A stretch of 64,000 bases of DNA from Desulfurococcaceae archaeon (GTDB lineage Archaea > Thermoproteota > Thermoprotei_A > Sulfolobales > Desulfurococcaceae), in assembly GCA_038816475.1 (NCBI GenBank), contig JAWBAI010000001.1, forward strand, positions 139,031 to 203,030, written 5' to 3'. A program made the position numbers and the translations under genes. Numbering within the stretch: position 1 is the first letter of the stretch; every line of letters starts with the position of its first letter. Of the stretch, positions 8,467-17,564 are shown piece by piece. The notes below the pieces were generated by a model. It was not told the DNA's origin. It saw only the letters and a program-made list of their open reading frames with translations, and ran no database searches.

Positions 8467-9933
8467 ATGTACTTCGAGAGAAACCGCATACTTGTAATTG
8501 CACTTGTGGTTTTAGTGCTAGTCGCCACCTTAAGAACAGAAGCTCTACAGGGGGAGGATGAACCAAGCAGTATCTTCTTCGTTTATGCTCCATATGCTAA
8601 TTTAACAGCGATCGCCGATAGACTTAAAAACTACAACGTATCAAGCGAAGTGCTGACAGCACTACCAGATATACCCGAACCAGATTACTTTATACTATGG
8701 GTGTTAACCGGTCACAGACCTCCCGAGAAAGCAACGATGCTTGATCCTCAGGACGAGCTCATTGAAAGAACCATTAACGTATGGTACAATGCCGCACTGG
8801 TCGATATTCCACTAGCAGATCCCACGAGGCATAACTACTCCCTAAATCCTTTATTCAGAATCACGCTACATTTACCACCACAAGTACTAACAGTACCTAT
8901 AAATGGCTCAGATTACTGGGAGCTATTGAATACTACAATTACCACAACACTGAGCGACGTGAAACTCGAAGTAAAACTGGATAACTACGGAGTTACCTTA
9001 GTTTCTCTAAACATAACTACAATACGCGAACTGGGACCAAGACCCATTAAAATCAATGTATCAGACGAAGAATCCTACGATTACTACATATCGTTCTATC
9101 TGCTAGAGGTCAACGGAGATTATCTAAAGTTGTTCTTTCCAGGTGCTCTTAGCACCTCAGGATATATGTCACAAGCTGTAAAGCCCATCGAAGGATTGAA
9201 CATACACTGGTATGTTCCACTGGTTAAGTATAGGGACATTTTAACCAACCTTACAGCGGATGCAAAAACCTGGTGGATAACAAGGTCTATGGACTACTCG
9301 AGTAGAATCGTGATGAGAGCTGTATCAGATATCAACGTACCAGTATACCACATATACTTGCCTCATTTAGCTCTTGCAAGAACGCTTGAACTCGATGATG
9401 AAACTATGAATAACGTTGTTAGTAGGTTTGAAGACCTGGTGGTTGACGTGGTTTATCAATTTATCCTCTTAGAGAAAAAGCATTCGGTTGTAGTTGTTAT
9501 TGGATACGCTGAGAAGGAAAACGTACTAGTAGCAGGTGCAATAGAGGGTTTTGAAGAGATTGGAGTAGAGTTAACCATGACGATGTTAGCTGGCATGATA
9601 CTCTCGTACTCAGCGGCATCTCCGTTCCCCAACGCAAGGCTTTTGAGTGTAGCTGATAGAGCTAGGAACCTGGAAACAGAGCTTAGCGATGTTAAAACCA
9701 GGTTGTTTTCCATAGAATTCGAGCTCAACGATACAAGAAAGCAACTAAGAACTTGTGAAGGTGATCTTAACTTAGCTCAATCAAGGTTGGCGAATTTAAA
9801 CGAGCTGGAGAGTAAAGCGAGAGAGATCTACAATACCGCATTATTCTACCTATCAACCGGGCTGATTGCAACAATCGTAGTCAGCTGTTCGCTCGGTTAC
9901 CTAGCGTACAAGGTAGCATCTAAGAAAAAGTAA
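8467..9933 (+). CDS. Secreted, C-terminally anchored cell-surface protein with coiled-coil stalk
   Basis: GAGGTGA SD before ATG 8467; signal peptide; N-x-S/T sequons; coiled coil then TM helix and KKK tail. Confidence 0.75.
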   Translation: MYFERNRILVIALVVLVLVATLRTEALQGEDEPSSIFFVYAPYANLTAIADRLKNYNVSSEVLTALPDIPEPDYFILWVLTGHRPPEKATMLDPQDELIERTINVWYNAALVDIPLADPTRHNYSLNPLFRITLHLPPQVLTVPINGSDYWELLNTTITTTLSDVKLEVKLDNYGVTLVSLNITTIRELGPRPIKINVSDEESYDYYISFYLLEVNGDYLKLFFPGALSTSGYMSQAVKPIEGLNIHWYVPLVKYRDILTNLTADAKTWWITRSMDYSSRIVMRAVSDINVPVYHIYLPHLALARTLELDDETMNNVVSRFEDLVVDVVYQFILLEKKHSVVVVIGYAEKENVLVAGAIEGFEEIGVELTMTMLAGMILSYSAASPFPNARLLSVADRARNLETELSDVKTRLFSIEFELNDTRKQLRTCEGDLNLAQSRLANLNELESKAREIYNTALFYLSTGLIATIVVSCSLGYLAYKVASKKK

Positions 9934-10014
9934 ATGGTAGGCTCTGCATCTGCAACTCTCTACTCGTCTTACATCTGAATTGTTCGTTATTTTGGAGGTG
10001 ATTCAACTACGAGG

Positions 10015-11013
10015 ATGGGAGCAACCAAGAGAAACAGACTATTTATAGTAAGAAATCTAGCATTGGTGCTTTCTGTACTGTCAATAATTGCACTTGTACT
10101 ATATGTTGTTCCTGTTCCGGAAGTAGGAGAACCTGTAACTAGTATAGCACTACCTGATAGTAGATTCGTGGAAGTAGATGGTGTATTAGTTCACTACGTA
10201 GACCATGGCGGAGGAGATGTTCTGTTCGTTCTTCTCCACGGTTTCGGAGCAAGCTTTTTCACTTGGCGCGAGTTAATACCTGAACTATCAAGGATAGGCA
10301 GAGTTGTTGCTTTCGACAGACCCGGATTCGGCTTGACAGAGCGAGTGGACCCTAGCAAATTAGGTTTTAATCCCTATCACGTTGACGGAGCTGTTCGGTT
10401 AACGTGCAACTTCGTTAAACAAGTTCGTAGAAACGAGTCCAGATTAGTAGTTATAGGTCACTCGGCTGGAGGAGGACTAGCTCTTTTGCTCCCATTAATG
10501 TGCGATTTGAACATATCAGCTCTAGTTCTTATCGCTCCAGCGTGGAAACAGCTAAGGAAACAGTGGCATGAACACGTTCTTTACGGTACACCACTCGCTG
10601 ACAAGTATGGACCATTACTAGCAAGAGCTATGGTTAACCGTCTAGAAGAGATTCTCTACAGAGCATGGTACAACAAGTCATTGATAACCCCCAGCATCCT
10701 GGAAGGATACAAGTACCCGCTCAGAGCAAGAAACTGGGATAAAGGACTATACTGGCTGATGAAATACAGAGAATATCCCGATATAAGAGACGATTTGAGC
10801 GAGATCAAAGCCCCCGTCTTGATCATACATGGAGTCAACAATGAAATAATTCCACTAAGCAGTAGTATTGAACTATACGAGTTACTTTCTACTCACACGT
10901 TCACGGATTTGGTTATAATCAACGAATGCGGGCATCTTCCACACGAGGAAAAACCAAACTTAGTACTAGATGTAGTAAAGAGGTTCTTGAAAAATACTAT
11001 TAATAATGGTTAA
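10015..11013 (+). CDS. Membrane-anchored alpha/beta hydrolase
   Basis: HGFG oxyanion motif, DRPGFG, GHSAG nucleophile elbow, CGHLPHEE; N-terminal TM. Confidence 0.9.
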   Translation: MGATKRNRLFIVRNLALVLSVLSIIALVLYVVPVPEVGEPVTSIALPDSRFVEVDGVLVHYVDHGGGDVLFVLLHGFGASFFTWRELIPELSRIGRVVAFDRPGFGLTERVDPSKLGFNPYHVDGAVRLTCNFVKQVRRNESRLVVIGHSAGGGLALLLPLMCDLNISALVLIAPAWKQLRKQWHEHVLYGTPLADKYGPLLARAMVNRLEEILYRAWYNKSLITPSILEGYKYPLRARNWDKGLYWLMKYREYPDIRDDLSEIKAPVLIIHGVNNEIIPLSSSIELYELLSTHTFTDLVIINECGHLPHEEKPNLVLDVVKRFLKNTINNG

Positions 11014-11119
11014 GGGTTTGCTACCGTTTTGAGTGCTGGGTTTTGTGGGTTTTCATGGATGCTTAGAGCTCTTGACGTGATCATGTTTAGCAATGTTTAT
11101 AGATCAATGAGTAGTAATT

Positions 11120-11252
11120 GCTCCCGGTGACCCTGGGTTTCCGAGACCCACAGCAGACCGTGGGGAGGGAGCTCAGGGAAACCGTGATGATCAGCCCTAG
11201 GAAAACCTAGAGCGGGAAACGGTTCCTCAAAGAGAGGCAACATAATCAGCCG
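11120..11252 (+). ncRNA. Candidate structured K-turn RNA of unknown class
   Basis: GC-rich intergenic island behind TTTATA (11096-11101); canonical K-turn GCTCCC-GGT-GA-CCC / GGG-GA-GGGAGC; second long hairpin GGAAACCGT...CTAGG-AAAA-CCTAG...ACGGTTCC. Confidence 0.7.
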
Positions 11253-11264
11253 CGTGTAGGGTGT

Positions 11265-11690
11265 TCATAGCGTGGTTCTCAAGCTTATCAAAGCAACTGA
11301 TAGTGCTGAGAGCAGAAAGTTGCATGCAAAACTATTGGATCTGCACAATCCAATTTTGAATCCTCGATTGGAGAAGGGGTAGAACATGTAAACACCTTTT
11401 ACAGTGAGAGCATCCAGTAGTATATGGCTTAGCCACCCTAAGACGAATGCTGAAACGTACAGCTCTATTCCACTGAACTTCGAAAATACTATAATGAGTA
11501 GTACAGCGATTATGAACGGTACGAATAAATTGTGAAGAGCTTTTCGATGCTTAAACCTTAGGTCTAGATCTGGAACTGTAGATCCTATTCCTGACAGCAC
11601 CGAGAGGAGGGCGATCGCGAGGGGGTCCCGCACCGGGTATAGCCAAAGGATTAGTGCTACCGAAAAGAGGACATGAGTACTACCTAGCAC
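11265..11690 (-). CDS. YdjM-like membrane metal-dependent hydrolase
   Basis: TH, PDLD, HRKALH, SHILLD motifs with TM helices. Confidence 0.85.
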   Translation of the reverse strand: MLGSTHVLFSVALILWLYPVRDPLAIALLSVLSGIGSTVPDLDLRFKHRKALHNLFVPFIIAVLLIIVFSKFSGIELYVSAFVLGWLSHILLDALTVKGVYMFYPFSNRGFKIGLCRSNSFACNFLLSALSVALISLRTTL

Positions 11691-12411
11691 TATTGCTCAC
11701 CACTTTCTTTTCCAATTCGATTACTCGGTCCTCGTAACCAACGATCACGACGTCTACCAGCAGATCCGATGGAAACAACCCTGTTTCAACAACACCGTGC
11801 ATGAACTTAAGTTCTTGGTGAGCCTTCAAGGGATTGGTGATTGGTTGCAGAGGTTTTAGGTCTACTATGTAGTTTCCGTTGTCAGTTACCAGGGGACCCA
11901 GTTTTCCACCAGAAGTTCTAACTGTAGGCTCGTAAACACCCAGCTTATTAATGTTTTTGAGAAAGTACCCAAGAGCAAAGGGAACGACTTCAACGGGTAT
12001 CGGCTTCCTGTAGAGATATTCCAGTCCAGTGTACTTCGAGTAGTCTACAATGTAAATTCTCCAGTTCGACATGTAAGCTAGAGTTTTCTCTCTCAGCAAT
12101 GCTCCACCGTGTCCTTTAACCATGTCCAGTCTAGTACTTACTTCGTCGGCTCCATCCACGTAGAGGTCCAGTGCGTCAACGCTGGTTATATCCACTGTAA
12201 GTAGATTGTGTTCGAGTTTAGCGTAAAGCGCTGTATCAATAGATGAAGCTACTAATATGTGATTTCTCAAAAACTCTGAGCATACATCCAAGAAGACCTT
12301 TACTGTGGAGCCGCTTCCAATACCTATAAAGCTCTTCTTCTCAAGCTCGCCTCTAAGTTTATCACAGAGCTTCTTTGCAGCATTGTATTTTGAGATCTCC
12401 TGAGAATTCAC
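11680..12411 (-). CDS. rpiA: Ribose-5-phosphate isomerase A
   Basis: GIGSGST, DGADEV, KGHGGALLREK, TDNGN, GVVETGLF. Confidence 0.95.
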   Translation of the reverse strand: MNSQEISKYNAAKKLCDKLRGELEKKSFIGIGSGSTVKVFLDVCSEFLRNHILVASSIDTALYAKLEHNLLTVDITSVDALDLYVDGADEVSTRLDMVKGHGGALLREKTLAYMSNWRIYIVDYSKYTGLEYLYRKPIPVEVVPFALGYFLKNINKLGVYEPTVRTSGGKLGPLVTDNGNYIVDLKPLQPITNPLKAHQELKFMHGVVETGLFPSDLLVDVVIVGYEDRVIELEKKVVSNSAR

Positions 12412-12560
12412 CCTACCAACCCGTTAAAACCTACTGATATATGTTGCACTTTAGCTCAAAAGTAGTTTTACTCGAGACATTCTACAAGCTGATCATTATC
12501 ACCTCCACACATGTTACCAATGCTCAGGAATAATAGGCTCCGGGTTTAGAGTATATTGAA

Positions 12561-12623
12561 GGAAATGATGATATGCACCTCAGCGGACGATTAGCCCGTG
12601 AAGAAGCTGGCCTGGACTGATGT
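12561..12623 (+). ncRNA. Box C/D guide sRNA
   Basis: C ATGATGA (12565-71), guide TATGCACCTCAG, D' CGGA (12584-87), C' GTGAAGA (12598-604), guide AGCTGGCCTGGA, D CTGA (12617-20); both guides 12 nt; intergenic. Confidence 0.8.
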
Positions 12624-12686
12624 GTGATCGTAGAAAACCGCTACAAGGTGTAAGCTACGTAGGTTTGCTCTACTAAAAACGATTTT

Positions 12687-13547
12687 CTACCTTAGGTTTG
12701 CTTTGAAGCTCTCTATTGCATATCCCACTAGAGATGCTATTTCTATTACATTGAAGAGCTTCCCAGCCGTATCAGCTGTAAACCTTAAGGTGTAAGCATC
12801 TATTCTCTCCATTATATCCCAGTTCTCAAGCACGTCTGCAACCAAAGATTCTCTGAAGACGAGTTCAACACGGTACGGCTTGTTGAACTTGACTGTTCGA
12901 AGTTCCCCCTTCTTAAGCTTTTCGCAGGCTTCTCTAACACCAGCTCTAAGCATCTCTTCGACTTTGGCAAGTCCAGGGCTAATAGCAGAAAACCTTGAAA
13001 CACCCTTTTTAAGAGGAACGAACACTGCCCATGGTGCATGGTCTTCTACTTCTCGTCTAAGATGATCGTCGCCTGCTAGCAACGCCACGGGAACACCGAG
13101 CTCTCCAGCGTATAGAGAGTTTATCAAGAACTCGCTGGATCTAACACCGTTCACTCTTATTTCAAAGAATACCCTTCCACTATAGGTATGTTCTAGGATA
13201 CCGTGCCTAGTTCCAGCAGCTGCATGGTAACCTAGAAAGAATATAGCAGCGAACTGATCATCAAGCATTGACACCATTGAGAACGGTCTTGGGTAACCTT
13301 GAATAATAGTTGCTCTACTATCCAGCTCAAGGTATTCAATGTTTGTCATCAGCCCGTGACTATCGGCTACGTAAACCTCGCTAAAACCGTTCTTGAAGAG
13401 CTCATCCACCACGATATTCGTTAGCTTGGTCATAACCTTGGATGCTCTAGCAAACTGACTACTCCAAGGACTCAGCATTGTACCGGAAACAACACCGGGC
13501 AAACCCTCAACATCTACTGAAACATAGGCTTTCATTGAATGCACCAA
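12687..13547 (-). CDS. D-aminopeptidase, peptidase M55 (DppA-like)
   Basis: SVDVEG, ADSHG, GYHA, EHTYS, GDD motifs; likely start MKAYV at 13535. Confidence 0.9.
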   Translation of the reverse strand: MVHSMKAYVSVDVEGLPGVVSGTMLSPWSSQFARASKVMTKLTNIVVDELFKNGFSEVYVADSHGLMTNIEYLELDSRATIIQGYPRPFSMVSMLDDQFAAIFFLGYHAAAGTRHGILEHTYSGRVFFEIRVNGVRSSEFLINSLYAGELGVPVALLAGDDHLRREVEDHAPWAVFVPLKKGVSRFSAISPGLAKVEEMLRAGVREACEKLKKGELRTVKFNKPYRVELVFRESLVADVLENWDIMERIDAYTLRFTADTAGKLFNVIEIASLVGYAIESFKANLR

Positions 13548-13732
13548 AAGTTAATACATCAGGGTACGCAAATAAAAAGCCCAAGACACCACGGCATTTG
13601 TACGACGCGAAATCTGGCTTTGTTCGGTAAACAGCATCCTTATTCCATGTTATTGCATAATATGCAGTTCAATAGAGTAAGGGTGAAAGATAAAAGCAAC
13701 GCGTGCTCTACTTCATTCGGCGTGGTGATTTA

Positions 13733-14710
13733 ATGAAAGTCGTCTACATGTTTGAACCGCACAAAGCGGGTCTTGAAATACTAAAGAATCATGGAATCAA
13801 TTTCGTATTCTACCCTGGCAGAGAAGCCTCTAGACCATGGCTCGAGAAAGAAATAGGTGATGCATCTGTTTTAGTCGTAGCTCCGTGGAATAAGGTGGAT
13901 AAATCCTTGATAGAGCTCGGTAAAATGCTTAAGCTCATATTTGTTCACGGGTCTGGACTTGACAAGGTAGATGTATCGGAAGCCACTCGAAGAGGGATTC
14001 TTGTAGCAAACGCTCCTGACTTCATAGCCGAAAGCGTAGCTGATCATATATTAGCCTTGATCTTAGCGCATTACAGGAACATTGTTAGAGGAGATAAGTA
14101 CATTAGGCAGAGAAAATGGACCGGCGGCACACCTTCCGACCTGGTGGGGCATGTCCTACGTGGAAAACGCGTAGGGATAATTGGGTTAGGTAGAATTGGA
14201 GCTGCTGTAGCAAGAAGACTGAAGCCCTTTGGTGCTGAAGTGTACTACTGGGATAGGAAAGTTAAACCTGAGATGGAGCACGCGCTAGAGATATCTAGAC
14301 TAAACATTGATCAGTTAATCGAAACGTCTGATATCATAGTAGTGTCTGTGGCGTTAACTCCTGAAACCCAAGGGTTGATCAACAAGGAGAGGATATATAG
14401 AATTAAGAAGGGCGCTTTACTGGTTAACGCAGCTAGAGGTCAAATAATTGATGAAGAAGCATTGATCGAAAGGTTAAGGCAAGGTGAAATTTACGCTGCA
14501 CTTGATGTTTTCAAGGAAGAACCTCTTTCACCCAACAGTCCTCTCATAGAACTAGAAAATGTTATTCTAACTCCACATATAGGCGGTCTCTCCTGGGAAG
14601 CCTTAGAGGAGACCTCGAAGTTCGTTGCAGAAGCTATTGTCAAGTACATAAAGGAGGGTCAACTTCCAGCAACAGTTGTCAACAAAGAACTTGCTTCTTT
14701 CAGTTGGTAG
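13733..14710 (+). CDS. D-isomer-specific 2-hydroxyacid dehydrogenase (glyoxylate reductase-like)
   Basis: GLGRIG Rossmann motif, NAARG, LDVF..EP, TPHIG; GGTGA SD before ATG 13733. Confidence 0.9.
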   Translation: MKVVYMFEPHKAGLEILKNHGINFVFYPGREASRPWLEKEIGDASVLVVAPWNKVDKSLIELGKMLKLIFVHGSGLDKVDVSEATRRGILVANAPDFIAESVADHILALILAHYRNIVRGDKYIRQRKWTGGTPSDLVGHVLRGKRVGIIGLGRIGAAVARRLKPFGAEVYYWDRKVKPEMEHALEISRLNIDQLIETSDIIVVSVALTPETQGLINKERIYRIKKGALLVNAARGQIIDEEALIERLRQGEIYAALDVFKEEPLSPNSPLIELENVILTPHIGGLSWEALEETSKFVAEAIVKYIKEGQLPATVVNKELASFSW

Positions 14711-14719
14711 TTAAACAAT

Positions 14720-14822
14720 AGGATTCTATTAACACGTTAATCAACAACGTGCAACTTGTACCATGTAGATACCCCTTGAGTTTTTCGGAGCCTCGATTAG
14801 AGCTATCTTTTAGTAGTGTTCG
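14720..14822 (-). pseudogene. Possible decayed RelE/ParE toxin fragment
   Basis: Minus strand reads LLKDSSNRGSEKLKGY-(frameshift)-WYKLHVVD*RV, resembling the RelE-like pattern L..NP.PRG.EKLKG...YRLRVGDYRV. Confidence 0.4.
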
Positions 14823-14848
14823 ATGCAAGCATACTATGAACTTTTAAG

Positions 14849-16072
14849 TCATCCTGTAGACGTCTTCTGCGGATGTGTGTTTTCAAGGAACTCTTTCATT
14901 AACTTAAATCCTTCAACTAGTTCTTCTTCCTCCATTGTTACAAATGTTATTCTCAGATGTCCTGCACCGGCTTTACCAAATATTGAACCTGGTAGTACTA
15001 CAACACCTTTTGACTCTGCGAGTTTAATGGTGAATTCGAGGTCGTTTAATCCCAGCACTTCCAGGTATGGTCTTATATCTGGGAACAAGTACATACTAGC
15101 AGTAGGCTTGTGAACTCTTGCTTCAGTAAAGAGTTTCCTGAACGCTTCGTAAGCAACATCCCTTCTTCTTCTGTATATGGGTATTACTTCGCGGAGATAC
15201 TTCTCCTTGAAGCCCTGTGCAAGGTAGTAGTAAGCTAACCATTGCATTGGAACAGGTGATACTATACCAAACAACGCTTTGAGCTTAACGATCTCTGTTA
15301 CTACATCTCTTGGACCGTAAATATAGCCTAGTCTACCACCTGGGATTGCTATATCCTTGCTGAAGGAGCCGCAAACAAGCATGTAGTCAAGTGAAGGTGC
15401 GTACTTCTCCATCCACACGTGCTCACCTTCGTAAACAAGATGCTTGTAGGCAACGTCGTAGACTATCCAAGCTTTCTTCTCGTAGGCCACATCTACGATG
15501 GTTTTAGCCACTTCGTCGCTTATGACTCTCGATGTTGGGTTGTCAGGGCTAGCTAGTATTATGGCTTTTGCTCTAGACCCAAGCTTCTCCTTTATGCACT
15601 CGGGATCTGGGTTAAAACCTCGCTCAAAGGTTTGCTCGCAGGTTTCAACTCTGAGTTTGGCGAGCTTAGCTTGATCCCAGTACACGCTATACGAAGGGTC
15701 TAGAAGCAGAATGGTGTCTCCTTCGTCGAGAAGAGCGTACATGGATAAGAGAAGTGCTTCAGCGCCCCCAGTTGTAATAACGATCTGATCCGGCGAGACA
15801 TCTACCCCTCCGTATTTTTTGATGTCCATGCTTATGGCTTCTCTGAGTTCTGGTAATCCCTGTGTAGGCATGTACCTGAAGTGGTCGAAAGGATTTCTTC
15901 TAACCATCTCCATGAAGTATTCTAGAGCATCCCTATCTGGAGGAAGACCGGGTTGACCAGCAGTGTAATCGTACACTCTTACGCCTCTTCTTCTGAGTTC
16001 GTGTGCTTTAGCAATGAGAATTCTGTGAGGGTTCTGAGGGATCTCCCTAACTCTTCTCGAAGCACGGTTCAT
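14849..16072 (-). CDS. PLP-dependent aminotransferase class I/II
   Basis: AGQP, SPDNPT, YDVAY, SFSK (PLP Lys)..PGGRLG; start moved to ATG 16072 after AGGTG SD. Confidence 0.92.
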   Translation of the reverse strand: MNRASRRVREIPQNPHRILIAKAHELRRRGVRVYDYTAGQPGLPPDRDALEYFMEMVRRNPFDHFRYMPTQGLPELREAISMDIKKYGGVDVSPDQIVITTGGAEALLLSMYALLDEGDTILLLDPSYSVYWDQAKLAKLRVETCEQTFERGFNPDPECIKEKLGSRAKAIILASPDNPTSRVISDEVAKTIVDVAYEKKAWIVYDVAYKHLVYEGEHVWMEKYAPSLDYMLVCGSFSKDIAIPGGRLGYIYGPRDVVTEIVKLKALFGIVSPVPMQWLAYYYLAQGFKEKYLREVIPIYRRRRDVAYEAFRKLFTEARVHKPTASMYLFPDIRPYLEVLGLNDLEFTIKLAESKGVVVLPGSIFGKAGAGHLRITFVTMEEEELVEGFKLMKEFLENTHPQKTSTG

Positions 16073-16214
16073 ACATACACCTTCGTAACATACATACATG
16101 TATCTTCTGGGGTGCAAATGTACTTATACATGTTTACAGTATAAATAAATCCAAGAGAAGTACGCATTGAAGCAGTTATTGTACTTTGCTTCATTGGTTT
16201 TAGAGAAAGCAATG

Positions 16215-17564
16215 CTATGCCAACTTGACGACAACATCGTATTTTACTTGTCCATCAAAACCAGCTTTCTCCTTACCAAACCTCTCAATGGGTTTCATTA
16301 AATGTTTAAAAGCCGAATAGGGTGGTTGATACCAACCAGGCTTTAGATCACGTGGTAGTGTCACAGAGACCTTTGACGCAGAAGCATCCTTGTACTTGCA
16401 CTTACGACAACGGTAACCTTTATTCTTACCCATGCTCTCCATGCGAGAACCACAGAGAGGACACCTAGGGTTTTCGAAAACAACGACTTCGGTCAATTCA
16501 ATAACCCTGAGTTTTTCGAGGTTTAGTGTTATTCCATGGGTCGGACCTGGTGGTCTTATGCATCCATAGACTTCGACGAGATCTCCAGGATAAAGTTTCT
16601 CGGCTATGTTCCTGAAACCCTTCGTTGGTTCATAAACAGCAACAGTTATGCAGCAATTCTCGTCGCAGAGTTCGAAGAAGACATGTCCTCCAGTACTTCT
16701 TCGGGGTTTACTCTTTACTCTTCCTACGACCTTGACGCAGGTATAGGGTCTTACACGGCATATGGTGTTAACAGGGTGTATATGGCTGTCCGTGTGCTGA
16801 TTTGTTCTAAAAATAGCGATGTACTCGATGGGCTCATATACTTTAACCAGTTTAAACGCCTCTGCGAGAACACCGGGATCTTCTCCTCTCAAGCCGAGTA
16901 GAACCGGGTCTGAACCACGCGGAGTTACTAGGATTCGTCCAGTTTGGGGGTCGTAGTTGAGTATCATCAGGTTACCGTAGAGCTTATCGAGTTCAATAAT
17001 GCTGTGGGGATCAACAAGCCTCGGTGCCCCCCAGTACTCTCTCTTCCTGTAGGCGATGAGTTCGTAGGTGTGGTCGATGTTAAGCATTGTGTAGCCTATA
17101 GAAGCCAGTGCTCCCACTAGTCCACGCTTTAAACCCTTGGGAGCATAGTACTTGATATTAGTTTTCTCTGCAACCCGAAACGCGAGATCCAGCGGTACAA
17201 TGTCGAACAGAGCTTTCTCAGCTAATCTAGACAATTCCTCGTTAACATCTCCTTCCAGTAAAGCTATAACCGGCTGGTGCTTTGGATCTTTTAGCTCAGA
17301 CGTATAATCGTACACCATTTGCTTTGCGATCTCCCATATCTCCGAAACATCATCCTCTGACTCTACCGCGACTCTTATCGCAACGGCACCATTACCTCGC
17401 GTTTTATAGGGAACAGAAGGGTTTAATCTAACGAGATTCAAGTAGTCCAGGAATTCAACGTTAACCTCCCGCTTCAGTCTATAGGCTAATATCGTTGAAA
17501 AATGAGTTGTACAGCCCCCTTGTATAGAGTCAACGTCGTCTACTCCTATGTGTACTCTGATCAA
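16215..17564 (-). CDS. tiaS: tRNA(Ile2) agmatinylcytidine synthetase TiaS
   Basis: GVDDVDS..GGCTT, LVRLNPSVPYKTRGNGAV, TNQHTD, OB fold GGHVFF, Zn ribbon CPLC..CRKC, HLMKP. Confidence 0.95.
   Translation of the reverse strand: MIRVHIGVDDVDSIQGGCTTHFSTILAYRLKREVNVEFLDYLNLVRLNPSVPYKTRGNGAVAIRVAVESEDDVSEIWEIAKQMVYDYTSELKDPKHQPVIALLEGDVNEELSRLAEKALFDIVPLDLAFRVAEKTNIKYYAPKGLKRGLVGALASIGYTMLNIDHTYELIAYRKREYWGAPRLVDPHSIIELDKLYGNLMILNYDPQTGRILVTPRGSDPVLLGLRGEDPGVLAEAFKLVKVYEPIEYIAIFRTNQHTDSHIHPVNTICRVRPYTCVKVVGRVKSKPRRSTGGHVFFELCDENCCITVAVYEPTKGFRNIAEKLYPGDLVEVYGCIRPPGPTHGITLNLEKLRVIELTEVVVFENPRCPLCGSRMESMGKNKGYRCRKCKYKDASASKVSVTLPRDLKPGWYQPPYSAFKHLMKPIERFGKEKAGFDGQVKYDVVVKLA

Noticed and set aside
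11176-11227. Hammerhead ribozyme (TGATGA ... GAAAC flanking a hairpin)
   Set aside because: The core reads GTGATGA, not CTGATGA, and the flanks pair with each other, so no three-way junction or NUH cleavage site forms
16167-16192. Inverted repeat TGAAGCA-N12-TGCTTCA between tiaS and the aminotransferase
   Set aside because: A single 7-bp arm with no second copy noticed; cannot be told from chance
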